Source: Eledone cirrhosa
Taxonomy: Eukaryota
NCBI GenBank assembly: GCA_964016885.1
Contig: OZ024740.1
Coordinates: forward strand, 310,868,001 to 310,932,000
Reading direction: 5' to 3'
Length of the DNA stretch: 64,000 nt
Shown: one piece after another, positions 39,199-52,105 of the stretch
Layout of the letters: each line of letters begins with the position of its first letter
Position numbering within the stretch: the stretch's first letter is position 1
The notes under the pieces: generated by a model
The model's input: the letters and a program-made list of their open reading frames with translations, nothing else
Database searches by the model: none
Told to the model about the DNA's origin: nothing
Made by a program: the position numbers and the translations under genes

Positions 39199-40505
39199 TG
39201 TATGTGTGTGCATGAGTGACGTTGCTCATCAAAAACCGTGAGCGCTAGCATTTTAACGTCTCTGAGACGTTTAATTCGAATTTGTTCAGGAATAGAAGAG
39301 TGATTGCAATATTATATCAGTGAAGTGGTTAGTGATTGGATAGGTCTAAGCTGTCATATTTACATTGGACGCTGTTTTAAAATATTTGTCCATATATCAG
39401 TGCATATTTTCTGTGTTTTGTTGAATGTACGAAAGAGACTGAACACGAAATAACAGAAGGCAGCTCATCCATATACAAAAGTGTTAGATTCAGGATTGAC
39501 AGTTAGTATACACTATAGTTAATCAGGTATATGAAATAGTGTAGTTAATACATGTTCTGACAAGGAGTATCTAATCCAAGATATAAGAGAGAAGAGAGTG
39601 CTAGAATTCAGCGGCTAGCGTTCTCAAGCAGGATACAATCAACAGCTTTATTGATATCAGGAGCAACGATATTGCATTCACTGAAGGATGATGAACAACT
39701 GGGGAGAATAATTTGATAAATCTGACATTCCTAACAATGCTGCCAATCTGTGAGAAGCGGGAAATTCCCCGAGATGAATGCAAAATTTATTTATAACAAT
39801 ATATTATATGTGTGATAAATACAATTACTTCTTTAGAACGTAGGTATCCTGTTCAACAATCCTGTGAACCAAGAGCATTATCTATTTTAAATTAATTTCA
39901 AAGAAACCTTGTTTGTGAGTGCATTAAACTTCTTCCAATGTTGGAATCATTAATATCACTGAATTGAATATAATTTGGTCTTGCTAGAATATTTTCGTAT
40001 TATTAAGCAAGCAAATAATTGCGAATTTATCAACATTCGCTTATATTCTCTAGGGTTTTCAATAGTAACTTGCATTTATTATTACCTGATTTATAATATC
40101 TGACATTTATAGGCATGAGATTTTCTTTCTCGTTGCGCTGAGCAACGAAAAAGGTGAAAGAGGAAACTACGGTGAAATAGCATTGGACGTGAAATATTCT
40201 GTGATTCCTATTTATTTGTCAATAAAATTAAAAAGACTGATATTCTAATTACTCTACGCAATTTTTGCTGACACTATTTGTTGTAATTTTAAGTTTTATG
40301 TAAACATAATTAGCATATAATACTAAAATAAGATTGAAATATATGAATTTAATAACAATACTTAAACTTTTGTGAAACATTATTCATACGGACATCAACA
40401 TTCTAAATGTATTGCATATATAGATTTGCAGGGGCTGCTTAAAATGACTATAAAATATATATACATACACACATATATAAATATATATATATATACGCAC
40501 GCATG

Positions 40506-40539
<34 letters not shown>

Positions 40540-40540
40540 A

Positions 40541-41000
40541 AATAGAATTAAAATTTAGCTTCAGGCATAGCTGTATACAGATATGTATTGGAATTTCATA
40601 TTTCTAAAGAAATACGGTATGTTTAAAATAAACATTTAGAGATCCGTAGCTATGCCAAAACACCACCGGCTAACGCCGTCTGGCGGTGTCCAACAGAAGC
40701 AAGGGGTACAATCGCCGATATCTGTATACAACTATGCCTGGAGCTAAATTCTAATTCTATTCACAGACGAGAAAACCATATATTCTCGCCTGTTTTCAAA
40801 GTCCAGCAGTTGCAAGAGTGGAAGGGATCGTCCTGATGAGGACCAGTTCAGTTCGAAATGTGCATCGGTGTTTGTCAATCCTTGCTTCTGCTGAACACCA
40901 CCAGATGGCGACAGCCGCTGGTTATTTAGCATAGCTACGGTTCTCTAAATGTTTATTTTAAACATATCGTATTTCTTTAGAAATACGTAATTCCAATACA
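40541..41000. mobile_element. retrozyme-like non-coding element: permuted 282-nt monomer (+) and antisense partial copy
   Basis: 40584-40719 is inverted to 40864-41000 and 40541-40584 is inverted to 40718-40761; homologue at 57185-57520. Confidence 0.75.
40829..40870 (+). ncRNA. type I hammerhead ribozyme motif
   Basis: CGTC-CTGATGA-GGAC cagttca GTTC-GAAAT-GTGC-ATC-GGTG; all three stems pair (two G-U in stem I). Confidence 0.8.
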
Positions 41001-41011
41001 CACACATACAC

Positions 41012-41059
<48 letters not shown>

Positions 41060-41078
41060 TGGCGGACTGGCCAGGTTG

Positions 41079-41203
41079 CTGATGATTTCTCACGAATGAA
41101 ACAGTTCTAGTCCTGTAGAAGCTTTTCTATATTAAAACATTATACTCTGCTATGTATTGAGTACCTTACTTTCTGTGGTTACCCCCGATTGAACCCGGAA
41201 TAA

Positions 41204-41207
<4 letters not shown>
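41079..41207 (+). mobile_element. solo Naiad-like PLE terminus with hammerhead core (41079-41122)
   Basis: homologous to the reverse complement of 24575-24708; CTGATGA tTTC tcac GAAt GAA-ACAG..CTGT-A; ends in (TA)n. Confidence 0.75.
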
Positions 41208-41246
<39 letters not shown>

Positions 41247-42415
41247 CCCTTATCAACTCCGCTCTGGATTTTCTTAGGTTTTTATTTATTTATTAGGACA
41301 ACTATATGAATATATGTGTATGTGTATGCTAAATGTAAACAGAAACAAAAAAGCAAACAACTCAGTACAATAAGAGATATATTTTAACCCTTGATATAGT
41401 AGGAAAAGAGTCTTTACGTTCCGGACACTAGAAGAAAAGGAATATTTATGTCTTAAAAAGACAAGATTTACTAAACAAAGTCGATATAGAAAAGTCCCAG
41501 ATGTACCATGCCTTTTTTCTAATCAAATTCTACTGTTATATTTTGTTACACATGACATTCAATATCTCGCTCATTTGGGGCTATGGATCTCTAGAATCAA
41601 TTCAGTACCACATTCATCTTAACCAAGTAAGCTATCCCAACATACATGTTAGTGTTTTATTTATCTTTCCATCTACTGGGGTAAATAACCTAGCAAAACG
41701 GATACTTTATAACAAGAATATTGTTATAATAGCCATGTTCTTGTTATAATGAATGCAATTTTATCATTTTCTCCGAGGATCCAAATATTACTAGATTCAC
41801 ATAAGAGATTATACTTTATAATAATATTTATATATATTTGTAATGGATTTGTGAGCGAATTCTTTCGCAGAAGCAATTATAAGAATGATATAATTTAACT
41901 CCATCTCTGCTATGTGCGCTTATGTAAGAAATTATTATACAATTTCAGAAAATATCCTATTGGACATAAAGGAAACAGAGGTTAATGTTCAGATTAATTT
42001 TAATTTGTGCTTTTAATACATCACCACGAAGATTTCGTGGTGTAATGATTCTCAACTTCTCATTTATGAAATTATTTTTGTATATTATATAGATAGATAT
42101 GTTAGGATAAATGATTGGCCTCTAACTTGATGTTTCGTATTCTCTTCCCGTCACTACAGTTTGTATAGCTACGGTAACTCATTCACCAACTCTAACGGTA
42201 TATAAGCTATGTGGCATAAATCGCAACTGTCAGCTCTATGGACTAGTAATTCTTTGGGGGATTTTGATTCACCTCCTATCATATAGAAATTAAGTCACTA
42301 GCACTTTTCTGATTTATAGTGGGGCGGAAGGGACATTTGCCCCAGGACTCTTCATCAGCTGGGTCCCGTTCGGCAGGGTTTGGGCCTATAAAATAGATGT
42401 ACCCTGGAACTACCA

Positions 42416-42504
<89 letters not shown>

Positions 42505-43084
42505 TTTTAACTACATTGAAATGTAGAAAGTGCACTTAGAATGAACGTGGTCATATTTTTTCATTTAATATCTGTATGAATAACTTGACAATTCCAATTA
42601 TATGCACCAGGCCGACTTTGAAATGCAAACTTTACTGCGTATTTTATTTTTATTTTGTGTGTGTATGATAGACCCCGCGCCCAAGTTCTAAATCCAGCCC
42701 TGTCTGTGTCCACGGGTAACGACATACCAATATTGGAACTGAAAGAAAACTTAAACCTCTCCTTTTTAAGAAATACAACAATGTATGTATAATTAATTCG
42801 GCCTTATTATATATACTCTGACTCTGCAGATATAAATCTTCTAACATAAATCCTCTGAACTGTAATGTGTGCTCTAGAACAGTTCATCTCGTGCGTAGGC
42901 ATGCATCACCAAGTGGATATTTTTCTGTACTAATTTGAATTTTAAAAAATAATCGATATAGTTGCCTATAAATCGATATAGTTACCTATAATTAAGACAC
43001 GCACACAAACACATTGTGTATATATAAATATATATATATTAGAATATAAATATTAATAAAATAGATGTTTTTTTTATCAATTAC

Positions 43085-43129
43085 ATTTTATTATGCATAT
43101 TTCGGATGTACGTGCTCATCAGACAAAAT
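43085..43129 (-). ncRNA. type I hammerhead ribozyme motif
   Basis: ATTTTGT-CTGATGA-gcacgtacatcc-GAAAT-ATGC-ATA-ATAAAAT; same family as 56808 and 57980 but with a short, mismatched stem II. Confidence 0.7.
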
Positions 43130-43389
43130 ATAATGATACATGACATACCCTAAGATGTTAAATCGTTAAGATTTAATCAAGGTAGTGATTAACCTAAGAG
43201 AAAATTTAACATCTATACCCTAATAATGAGAAAATGCGAAAACGTAATAAATTCAATAGAGAATGTGTGAGTAAGCACTCTACGGTGAAAAAAGGTTTAC
43301 CGTAGAGTGCTTCCAATCTACTGTAAAACTCATTCTTTGATATACTCATTGAATTTTGTTTAACTCTTCAATATACTATATATATATGT

Positions 43390-43479
<90 letters not shown>

Positions 43480-43701
43480 GTGTGTGTGTGTCTGTGTGTG
43501 TCTGTGTCTGTGCGTTTGTGTGAGTGTGTATACTATAGACACGCATAAGCACAGATACGTATATACATATACGCAATTAAGTATTCCTGTATTTTCATTA
43601 ATTGAATATTGTACTTTAATACAGTGTGTTTTGCACTAATTAGTGTTTAAAGAATTTATTAATTTATTTATACACAGCAGTACATTCTACTCCGTAAATT
43701 A

Positions 43702-44005
43702 TAAACATAAAAATAATTGTTTCTACTTTTGGCACAAGGCCAGCAATTATTCCAGTGCATTACTGGTACTTTATTTTATCGACTCCGTCAGGATAGAAGG
43801 CAAAGTTAACCTCAGCGGGATTTCAGGTTAACTTTGCCTTTCGTCCTTACGCGATCGATAAAATAAAGTACTTGTAATGCACTGAGATAATTGCTGGCCT
43901 TGTGCCAAAAGTAGAAACAATTATTTTTATGTTTAGGGCGGTGAATTGGCAGTTTAGGTAGAGGGTCGGACGCCATGCTTTACAGCATAGAGTTACGGCC
44001 CTTTA
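43702..44005. mobile_element. fold-back pair of SINE 3' halves plus the head of the next tandem unit
   Basis: 43702-43812 is inverted to 43825-43935 with a 12-nt spacer; SINE head GGCGGTGAATTGGCAG begins at about 43937. Confidence 0.88.
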
Positions 44006-44408
44006 AAAAAATGCTTGATAAGTAGTTGACTCGAAATAACTACGAATATAATTGTAACATCTTTTCATAGCGATTTATCAGATCGTATTGTTCATATATA
44101 TTTATTCATCATGTTAATTGCTTCTGTATACTGTAAATTACTTCTGCATTCAGTTTGTCACTAATGATGTCCACGTGAGATATAAATGTATAATGAAATA
44201 GCATTTTGTTATTTCTTGTTTCTAGTTTTATTTTAACACTTTCTAAATACAAAGTTAGCCCAGTCCCTGACACAATTGCGATAATTTCGCCCTATATTAT
44301 ATCACGTGCTTCACGAAACGCCTGTAAACACTAATGACTGTATCTTGTAATATCAAAAACACCACCATACTTTTTAAATGTACACTCACGTTCATAACAC
44401 ACTTAGTA

Positions 44409-44444
<36 letters not shown>

Positions 44445-44446
<2 letters not shown>

Positions 44447-46080
44447 AGGGTGTTAAAGTTTGCTTGAAGCATTGTGAAATGTGTAAAATACGTAGTTAAG
44501 AAAGCCACAACAATGCAGAGGGAAATCTCGAGGTAGGAAGTGAATGATAGATAGGAGAAACAGGAGAAAGTGAAAATTGAGAGAGACAAAGATGAAAACA
44601 AAACAAAGGTAGAAGGGTTACCGTAGTGGAGATTTAATCCCAATATTTCGGGCTCACGCCCATCAACGGGGGAAAGTTCCAAAAGGGGGGGAACAGGCCA
44701 AGCGGAGAAAGTTGTGATGTCGTTAAGACAGGAATGCCGTTATGGGAGAAAATTATTTAAAATTTAAACGAGGAAAAGAATGCGCGTGCGCGTGATAGGC
44801 TGTGGCAAAAGCTACTGACCAAATGGGTTAAATCAAGAGGGTGCGCTAGCGTGTGAAAGCCGTAAAATATGTGTGTGTAAATATATATGTGTGTGTAACT
44901 GTGTGTGTATAAGTGTAAGTGTGTATATGTGTGAGTGTGTGTGTGTGAAAGATAGTGGGCTGTAGAAGCTGGAAATCAAAGGGTATGAAAGGTGGTAAGT
45001 TGTAAAACATGTGTGCGTGTATAAATATAGATGTGTGTGTGTAAGCGTATGGGTATACATGTGTGTGTAACTGTGTGTGTATATGTGTGAGTGCGTGTGT
45101 GTGTGAAAGATAGTGGGCTGTAGAAGCTGGAAATCAAAGGGTGTGAAAGGTGGTAGGTTGTAAAAACATGTGTGCGTGTATAAATATAGATGTGTGTGTG
45201 TATGCGTATGGGTATGCATATACGTGCGTGTGTGTGAAGATAGCAGACCGTAGGCTGTGAATGGTCACTATGGTTAAGTTAGCCATGTCAGCTCATTTCT
45301 CTCAGCCCGGTTGTTAAGTGGGGGTCTGAGGTTCTTAATAACAAGTGCTTCCTTTATCCTTAAGGATCCGATGCTGCGTTCAGTCGCTAGGACTGTGACC
45401 AAGGGTCTACCCTGTGGTTTTCCGCATTTAAGGATGTGTTTACGGAAGGAAGATGCGTTGGTGTTGATATGTTCCTTAATACGAACATGTAGAGGTCGGA
45501 TGGTGCTACCTATGTAAAACTTGTTATATTTATCGCATTGAATCTTATATACGACATAGGTGCGTAGGCAATCTGCCCCCCGTATCGGGCAGTTGCTGAG
45601 GGAACACGTCCCATCTGACTCGTCGGGTTTGCTGGAGAGGCATCTTCGCAGCGAAGGTCCTGTGTGGGCCAAATGTATGTCAAGTCCCTCCGTCCGTATG
45701 GCCCTGCGGATGGCGTTCGTGGTATATTCACTCAGGTGGGGGATTTTAAAGAAGCACCTGCTTTTATTTAAGTTTCTAGTGGGTGTCTGTCTATTGGGTC
45801 TGGGGTCTCTAATTCCGTTAATCAGTCGCTTGGGATAACCATTAGATCTGAGTAGATTACGGAATTGCGTGGTATGGGTGAGACCACCCATCGGGTCGCT
45901 GCATCTGTTAGTGATCCGTGTCAGTTCATTTAGGACATAGCCTCTCTTAGCGTTGTTGGGGAGGGCTGAGTTGTAATGCACAAATAAGTCCTTGCACGCT
46001 GCTTTGCGGTAGAAGGTGGTGTTTATGTCTCCTTCTTCCGAGATGTTGATACGAGGAGGGCGAGTGACCCGTCTTCTCCT
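44445..46080 (-). mobile_element. 5'-truncated Penelope-like element (possibly Nematis-type) between (TA)n tracts
   Basis: open thumb-linker-GIY-YIG frame, 3' UTR with an internal duplication, and a degenerate hammerhead at 44638-44673. Confidence 0.85.
45274..46080 (-). pseudogene. PLE RT thumb, Cys linker and GIY-YIG endonuclease (open frame, no real start)
   Basis: [64 protein letters not shown]. Confidence 0.92.
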
Positions 46081-46143
46081 ATATATATATATATATATAT
46101 ATACATAAATATATATATATTTATGTGTGTGTGTGTGTGTATG

Positions 46144-46202
<59 letters not shown>

Positions 46203-46203
46203 G

Positions 46204-46235
<32 letters not shown>

Positions 46236-46261
46236 CACGCACACATATATATATATATATT

Positions 46262-46310
<49 letters not shown>

Positions 46311-46354
46311 GTATATATAGACATACATATATATATAAAAACATATCACATACA

Positions 46355-46409
<55 letters not shown>

Positions 46410-46553
46410 TCAAATTATCAATAATGTAGTGATAATATATCGTCACGTTAGAGATGAACAGCGATACATAGGTATTCCGTCTGTTACAGAAACATATGTC
46501 AATACCTAATAAATTCCTTTATGAAAGCACTTTCATTTTATATTCATCTTTTC

Positions 46554-46586
<33 letters not shown>

Positions 46587-46599
46587 GTATGTGTGTATG

Positions 46600-46672
<73 letters not shown>

Positions 46673-46686
46673 GGGAGGGGGAGATA

Positions 46687-46724
<38 letters not shown>

Positions 46725-47083
46725 GGATAGATGGATAGACATAACATAAGAAAAAACGGAGTTTCAGTTTAAAATATTTTATTCATAATCACGTGTAACC
46801 CGGGTTCCGCAAATGATCAGCTCCAGACCGTAACTAATTAATTAATATAATTGGGTGCTTAAACTGGTGCCACCTATAATATATTGGCAACTAGCTGACT
46901 ATATATATATATATATATTATATATATTATATACAGTTATACAAACATACATACATACATACATACATACACACATACATACATACATACATAAATACAT
47001 ACATACATACATACATACATACATACATACATACATACATACATACATACATACATACATACATACATACATACATACATACA

Positions 47084-49008
47084 TAAAAAATGAAATAGAG
47101 ATGACGTTTGGTAACAGTAGAACCAGAACTCTTCAACATAATCTAATCAACCTCAAACAAGAGTTGATAGCTGTCAGCGAACAACGCCGATACCTGAAGA
47201 AAGTAGATGAAAGAAAAGTGTTTAATAAAAGATTCAGACGAAACCAAACATCAGTCTATAGATATATGAAGGGGAAAATAATAAGTGTCACTGAGGCCCC
47301 ATCCCAGAAAGACATAGATTCCTTTCGGAGAGACATATGGGGTGAAAAGAAGAATTTCAACCAAGATGCAGTGTGGCTAAAAGAAATCCAAAATAACTAT
47401 TGCTCCTACATCAAAAACATACGAAATAAGTGGGGATACCCTTGAGACTGTGATAGGGAAACTCCAAGATTAGAAAACGCCAGGAAGAGACATGATTATC
47501 GGCTACTGGTACAAAAAGCTGATATTCTATTGGAGGTTTCTTACCGACCTCTACCAAGAAGTTCTTACGGGAGATACACTTATACCATAATGGTTGACAT
47601 TAGCACAAACATTAATGGTCCCCAAGAACAAAGACAACCACTTGGCAAAAAGCTACCGACCCATTGCATGACAGAACCTGGTGTATAAGATGTATACCAC
47701 CTGCCTGAACCTATTCCTCCAAGATCACTGTGAAAATAATAACATCATCACAGATGAACAAGCAGCTGGAAAGAAAGGGGTTTGGGGATGTGCTTAACAA
47801 CTCCTAATCAACAAAACAGCGATGTCGGAGGTACGACAACTTAGGAGGAATATGGCTACAGTCTGGCTGGACTACAGGAAGGCTTTCGACTTGCTAAAGT
47901 CCCAGACATTATTATCAGAGCCAAAGAGAAGCGGTTTTCTCTTGGGCTACTATCCTAAAGTTAAAGACATAGAAGGAGGACTCTATTTTCACTGATAAAA
48001 TAGAATGTCACAGGGGTATATTTAAAGGAGACAGTCTCTCTGTGATATTATTTATCCCGCATTAAACGCTTTGTCCTTTCTGCTCGAGAAAGGTGAAAGG
48101 TACATCATTGGCTCACAGGAAGACAGAAATACGAACCTAACCCATAATTTCTTTGTGGATGATCTGAAACGCTATGCCAAGAGCATGGATGGGATGAAGA
48201 AAAATCTTGACCTTGTTACAACATTCTCAAAGGATATAGGAATGGAGTTTGGCTAAGATAAATGCTCATACATGACTGTAAAGCGGGGAAAAACAACAAC
48301 CCAATCTAACAACATTGTCATCAATAGCCTAACTGTTTCACCGATATCTGATGAGGACTGCTACAGATACCTGGGGATAGATGAGAACATATCCTATAAT
48401 GGTATCTGTAATAAGGAACGCGTAACCAGGGAATACTACACCCGATTAAGTAAAATATAGTCATCGGAACGCTCTGCGCACAACAAAACAGTGGCTCATG
48501 TGTTTGCTGTGCCTGTCCTAACACCAATATTTGGAATAATTGGACGATAGATGAAATTCATGTTAGGAATCGAAACATACTAAACAACACCGGAAACCTC
48601 CGCATCAACAGTGACATAGACCGCCGTTACTTGAAACGTAAGCAGGGAGGCAGATGCCTCAAAACAAATCTTGATAAGCTGGGCTTCCAGGAACAAAGAG
48701 AACACATCTAGTTAGGAAATTACAAGTACAATCCATTAATGGAATAGTAAAAAATATGTAAAACATTCCAAACATTTTGCATCTAATAACTCATATACAC
48801 ATGTACAGATACAAAGCACACATACAACTCAAAACATCCACATCCACACATACAATAACATCCATACCTACACATGCATGCATGCAGACATGCAGACATA
48901 TCTACCTAGTTGACGTGTAAATTCCAATGAGAGAGTATTGTAACTATGTTAGAAACGAACTCTCTCTCTATTGGCAAACATTTGTGAAATTATAAAACCA
49001 GAAGAACA
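47084..49008 (+). mobile_element. R4/Dong-clade copy D, internally deleted
   Basis: homologous to copy B; starts after (CATA)n and ends AAAACCAGAAGAACATAC. Confidence 0.9.
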
Positions 49009-49012
49009 TACG

Positions 49013-49970
49013 TAGACGAAATCCGAGCAATTGATGTTAGGACTCGAAAAATACTAAACAACATCGGAAACTTCCATATCAACACTGACATAGACCGCCT
49101 CCACTTGAAACGTAAGCAGGGAGGCACAAGCATAACATCAGTTCAGAGAGCATTTGAGTGTCGCATCATATCCCTCCAACAATATTTACGAAACTCGAAG
49201 CGTAGGATCCCGTCTATTAAGCAAATCTGTCTGCATGAGACAGATAAGATCATGAGGGTTGGGAAGGAACTCCTCGAAAGATATTCCCTGCGTTTTAATC
49301 AAAAACTCACACCCAGGGAAGTTGCTCAGCAGTACCGCAGTGAATAGCTGGATGAAAAACTGCATGATTACCAGCAAAAAGTCAAGCATGGATATGTTGC
49401 CAGGAAGCTCCAGAATGAGTGTAATATAGATAAACAAAGTAATCTAACTTGGACCAACAACTGGTATACTTGCTTCCGCTTTGAAGGATACGCTTTTGCA
49501 ATCCAAGAACAGGAAATCAACACAAAATACCTGATTCACAAAAGAGATAGGGATGTAGGCAAAACACCTTGATCTGACAAAAAGTGCAGACTCTGCAGAA
49601 TTAACATCGAATATGTCACCCATGTCATAAGCAGCTGTCAAAAGATGTCATCGCGGTACTATCTACCTATGAGGCATGATGTAGTAGCAAAAACACTTTA
49701 CAATGCAATCCGTAGAAAAGATAACCCCGATAATTAATTCATTAAAAGCTACAGAAATGTGGAAGACATAAATATACATAATATGAAAGAGTACTGGTGG
49801 AATGTTCCAGTAAAAACCACAATAAGATGCAGGCATAACAGACCAGATAAAAAGATATGGGACAGGGAAAAGAAGGCAAGCACAGTAGTGGAAGTTAGGT
49901 GCCCAGCAGATGGCAATATAATATCAAAGATTAGCGAAAAGAAGAATATCTATGTAGAACTAATGAGAAT
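49013..49970 (+). mobile_element. R4/Dong-clade copy E fragment
   Basis: CCHC and NRPD regions homologous to copy B; ends at ATACATACATAC. Confidence 0.9.
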
Positions 49971-50040
49971 TAATACATACATACACTATTAGCTTACCAA
50001 CAAGAGTAATACGAAGAAAAGGCATTGCATATATATATAC

Positions 50041-50121
<81 letters not shown>

Positions 50122-50215
50122 ATATATAAGTATTGAAGTTTCCGTTGAAAATTGAAAAAGTCATAAGAGTGAAGAGTGCTCTATGTAATGTATAATAAAC
50201 AATACAATATAATTA

Positions 50216-50283
50216 CCTCATTACCAGAGGTTTCCCGAATAAGACAAATACAAAAAACGTCCTCATTCGTTCATCGGACAAGG
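50216..50283 (-). ncRNA. hammerhead motif with variant core CCGAUGA
   Basis: CCTTGT-CCGATGA-aCGAATGAgGAC..GTCTTATTCGg-GAAAC-CTCTG-GTA-ATGAGG; second copy at 53289-53357 (+) has CCCATGA. Confidence 0.6.
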
Positions 50284-50549
50284 GAATTTAAAACATAGTG
50301 AAATAAGAGGGAGGGGTTATCAATTATAAATTAACACTAGAAAAAAAGAAAACAAACATAGGTTTGTACGTACACACATATATATATATAAATATATATA
50401 TATAAATACGTAGAGACAAAAGCAGATACATGCGTACATACATACAGAGGCGCGCATACATACACACGAAGCACATATATATATATCGGCACATGTATAT
50501 CTAATCACACGTACGTACGCGACTATATATATATATATATACACATACA

Positions 50550-51790
50550 TTGGGTATGTACTTAATCGGTTCGCTAAATCCGCTATTTTGAAGGGCTTGA
50601 AAATAGCTTCTGAGGAAGAGAGGGTGGAGATCCTACGGTTAATATTAGGGATAAGGTTTTTAAAAACTATAGGAGGATATCAAGAGCCTTTATTTATATA
50701 TTTTAAATTTTCATTAGGTTTATGGTACGGTTTATAAGAAGCAGTAGGCAGATCTAGGTTTATATCTAGAAAATTAAAATTGTAAAGGTTAGTGCTAATG
50801 GTAATTTTAAGATTAAAACTAGCGAAGGTTTTTATTAAGTCTTTCCTTAATCTATCTAAGTTATGGCCTATGGTGGTATGGGAAAGTATTAGACCATCGT
50901 CGTGATAAAACCCAAAGGTATGGTTATGGAATTTCTTCTTTAAGTGTGTGTAGGCCGACTAAATCAAAAAACATCAGCACTGTCAAAAGAACCCATTGAG
51001 ACATCGAATGGGTTCTCTGCGTTAGATATTTTTACCCAAGTCTCATTATTAGTAAAAGGTAGAGTATTTCTAGCATGCAAAATGACATTCTCTTCAATAT
51101 CAGAAATATTGATAAACTTTCTAACGAAATTTAAGACTACCGTTAAAAGAGGGTGAGTAATAGACGGGTAGAAGTCTACAATGTCAAATTGGATGAATCT
51201 AGAACTAGTTTTATCTTTAATATTATTAAACCAATGTACTACGGAAGAGCTATTTATCATTGGAGTAATTCAGACTTACTTCTAATATGTGTGTTTATAT
51301 TATTTAACAGTTTTTTTGCTAGCAAGACCGATTTCAGTCTTAGCAGGGTTGATTAATCTACAACTAGGACGATTAATAAAATCAGGTTTGTGATCTTTGA
51401 GAGTGATATAGGCATTACGTCTAGCAAGTTTTTCTGTTCTATTGTCTATTTAAAAAAAACTAGCTAATTCTTTAGCTTCGTTATTTATATTATTATACGT
51501 GTTTATATTAGCTATTTGGTATTTAGAGGTGATGTTATCTGTTAAGAGTTGGTCATGTAAATTATTATTAACTTCGTATAAGTTTTTAGTTTTGTCAGAG
51601 AAAATGAACTAATTTTTAGAAGATTTGAATATTATCATTAGATAGTTTAGATTGAAAAGGGTTAGAGTACTTACGAAATTTGATATTGTTGATTAAATTA
51701 ACTAAGTCTAGTTCAAAAGCAGTCATATCTTTTACTCTTTGCGAGTATTTATGAGTTTTGATATCAAAACAGAAATTTTCACCGGTTGCC
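50550..51790 (-). pseudogene. Naiad-like PLE reverse transcriptase, decayed, endonuclease absent
   Basis: AFELDLVNLINNIKF, RLINPAK, FIQFDIVDFYPSI, FDVSMGSFDSADV, GFYHDDGL, FLDINLDL, RRISTLSSS. Confidence 0.88.
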
Positions 51791-51932
51791 TACACAAGAA
51801 ATCACACTTGCTTTCCAGCTCATATAAACTTAACTCACTTTCAGATACTTATCCTCCATAAACTCTTGTTCTTCACTTTCCTTAAATTATCCTCTTTACA
51901 GACTTCTCTTTCTAATTTACTTTTATTTTTAA

Positions 51933-52105
51933 CTTTATTTTTATTTTTATTTTTATTTTTATTTTTATTTTTATTTTTATTTTTATTTTTATTTTTATTT
52001 TTATTTTTATTTTTATTTTTATTTTTATTTTTATTTTTATTTTTATTTTTATTTTTATTTTTATTTTTATTTTTATTTTTATTTTTATTTTTATTTTTAT
52101 TTTTA
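51933..52105. repeat. (TTTTTA)n hexamer repeat
   Basis: directly visible. Confidence 0.98.

Noticed and set aside
46469-46830. Further hammerheads at 46469-46508 (+) and about 46795-46830 (-)
   Set aside because: Palindromic stem III (ACATATGT, ACCCGGGT) and, for the first, an 8-bp stem I are present, but the CUGANGA core is missing or broken; relics at best
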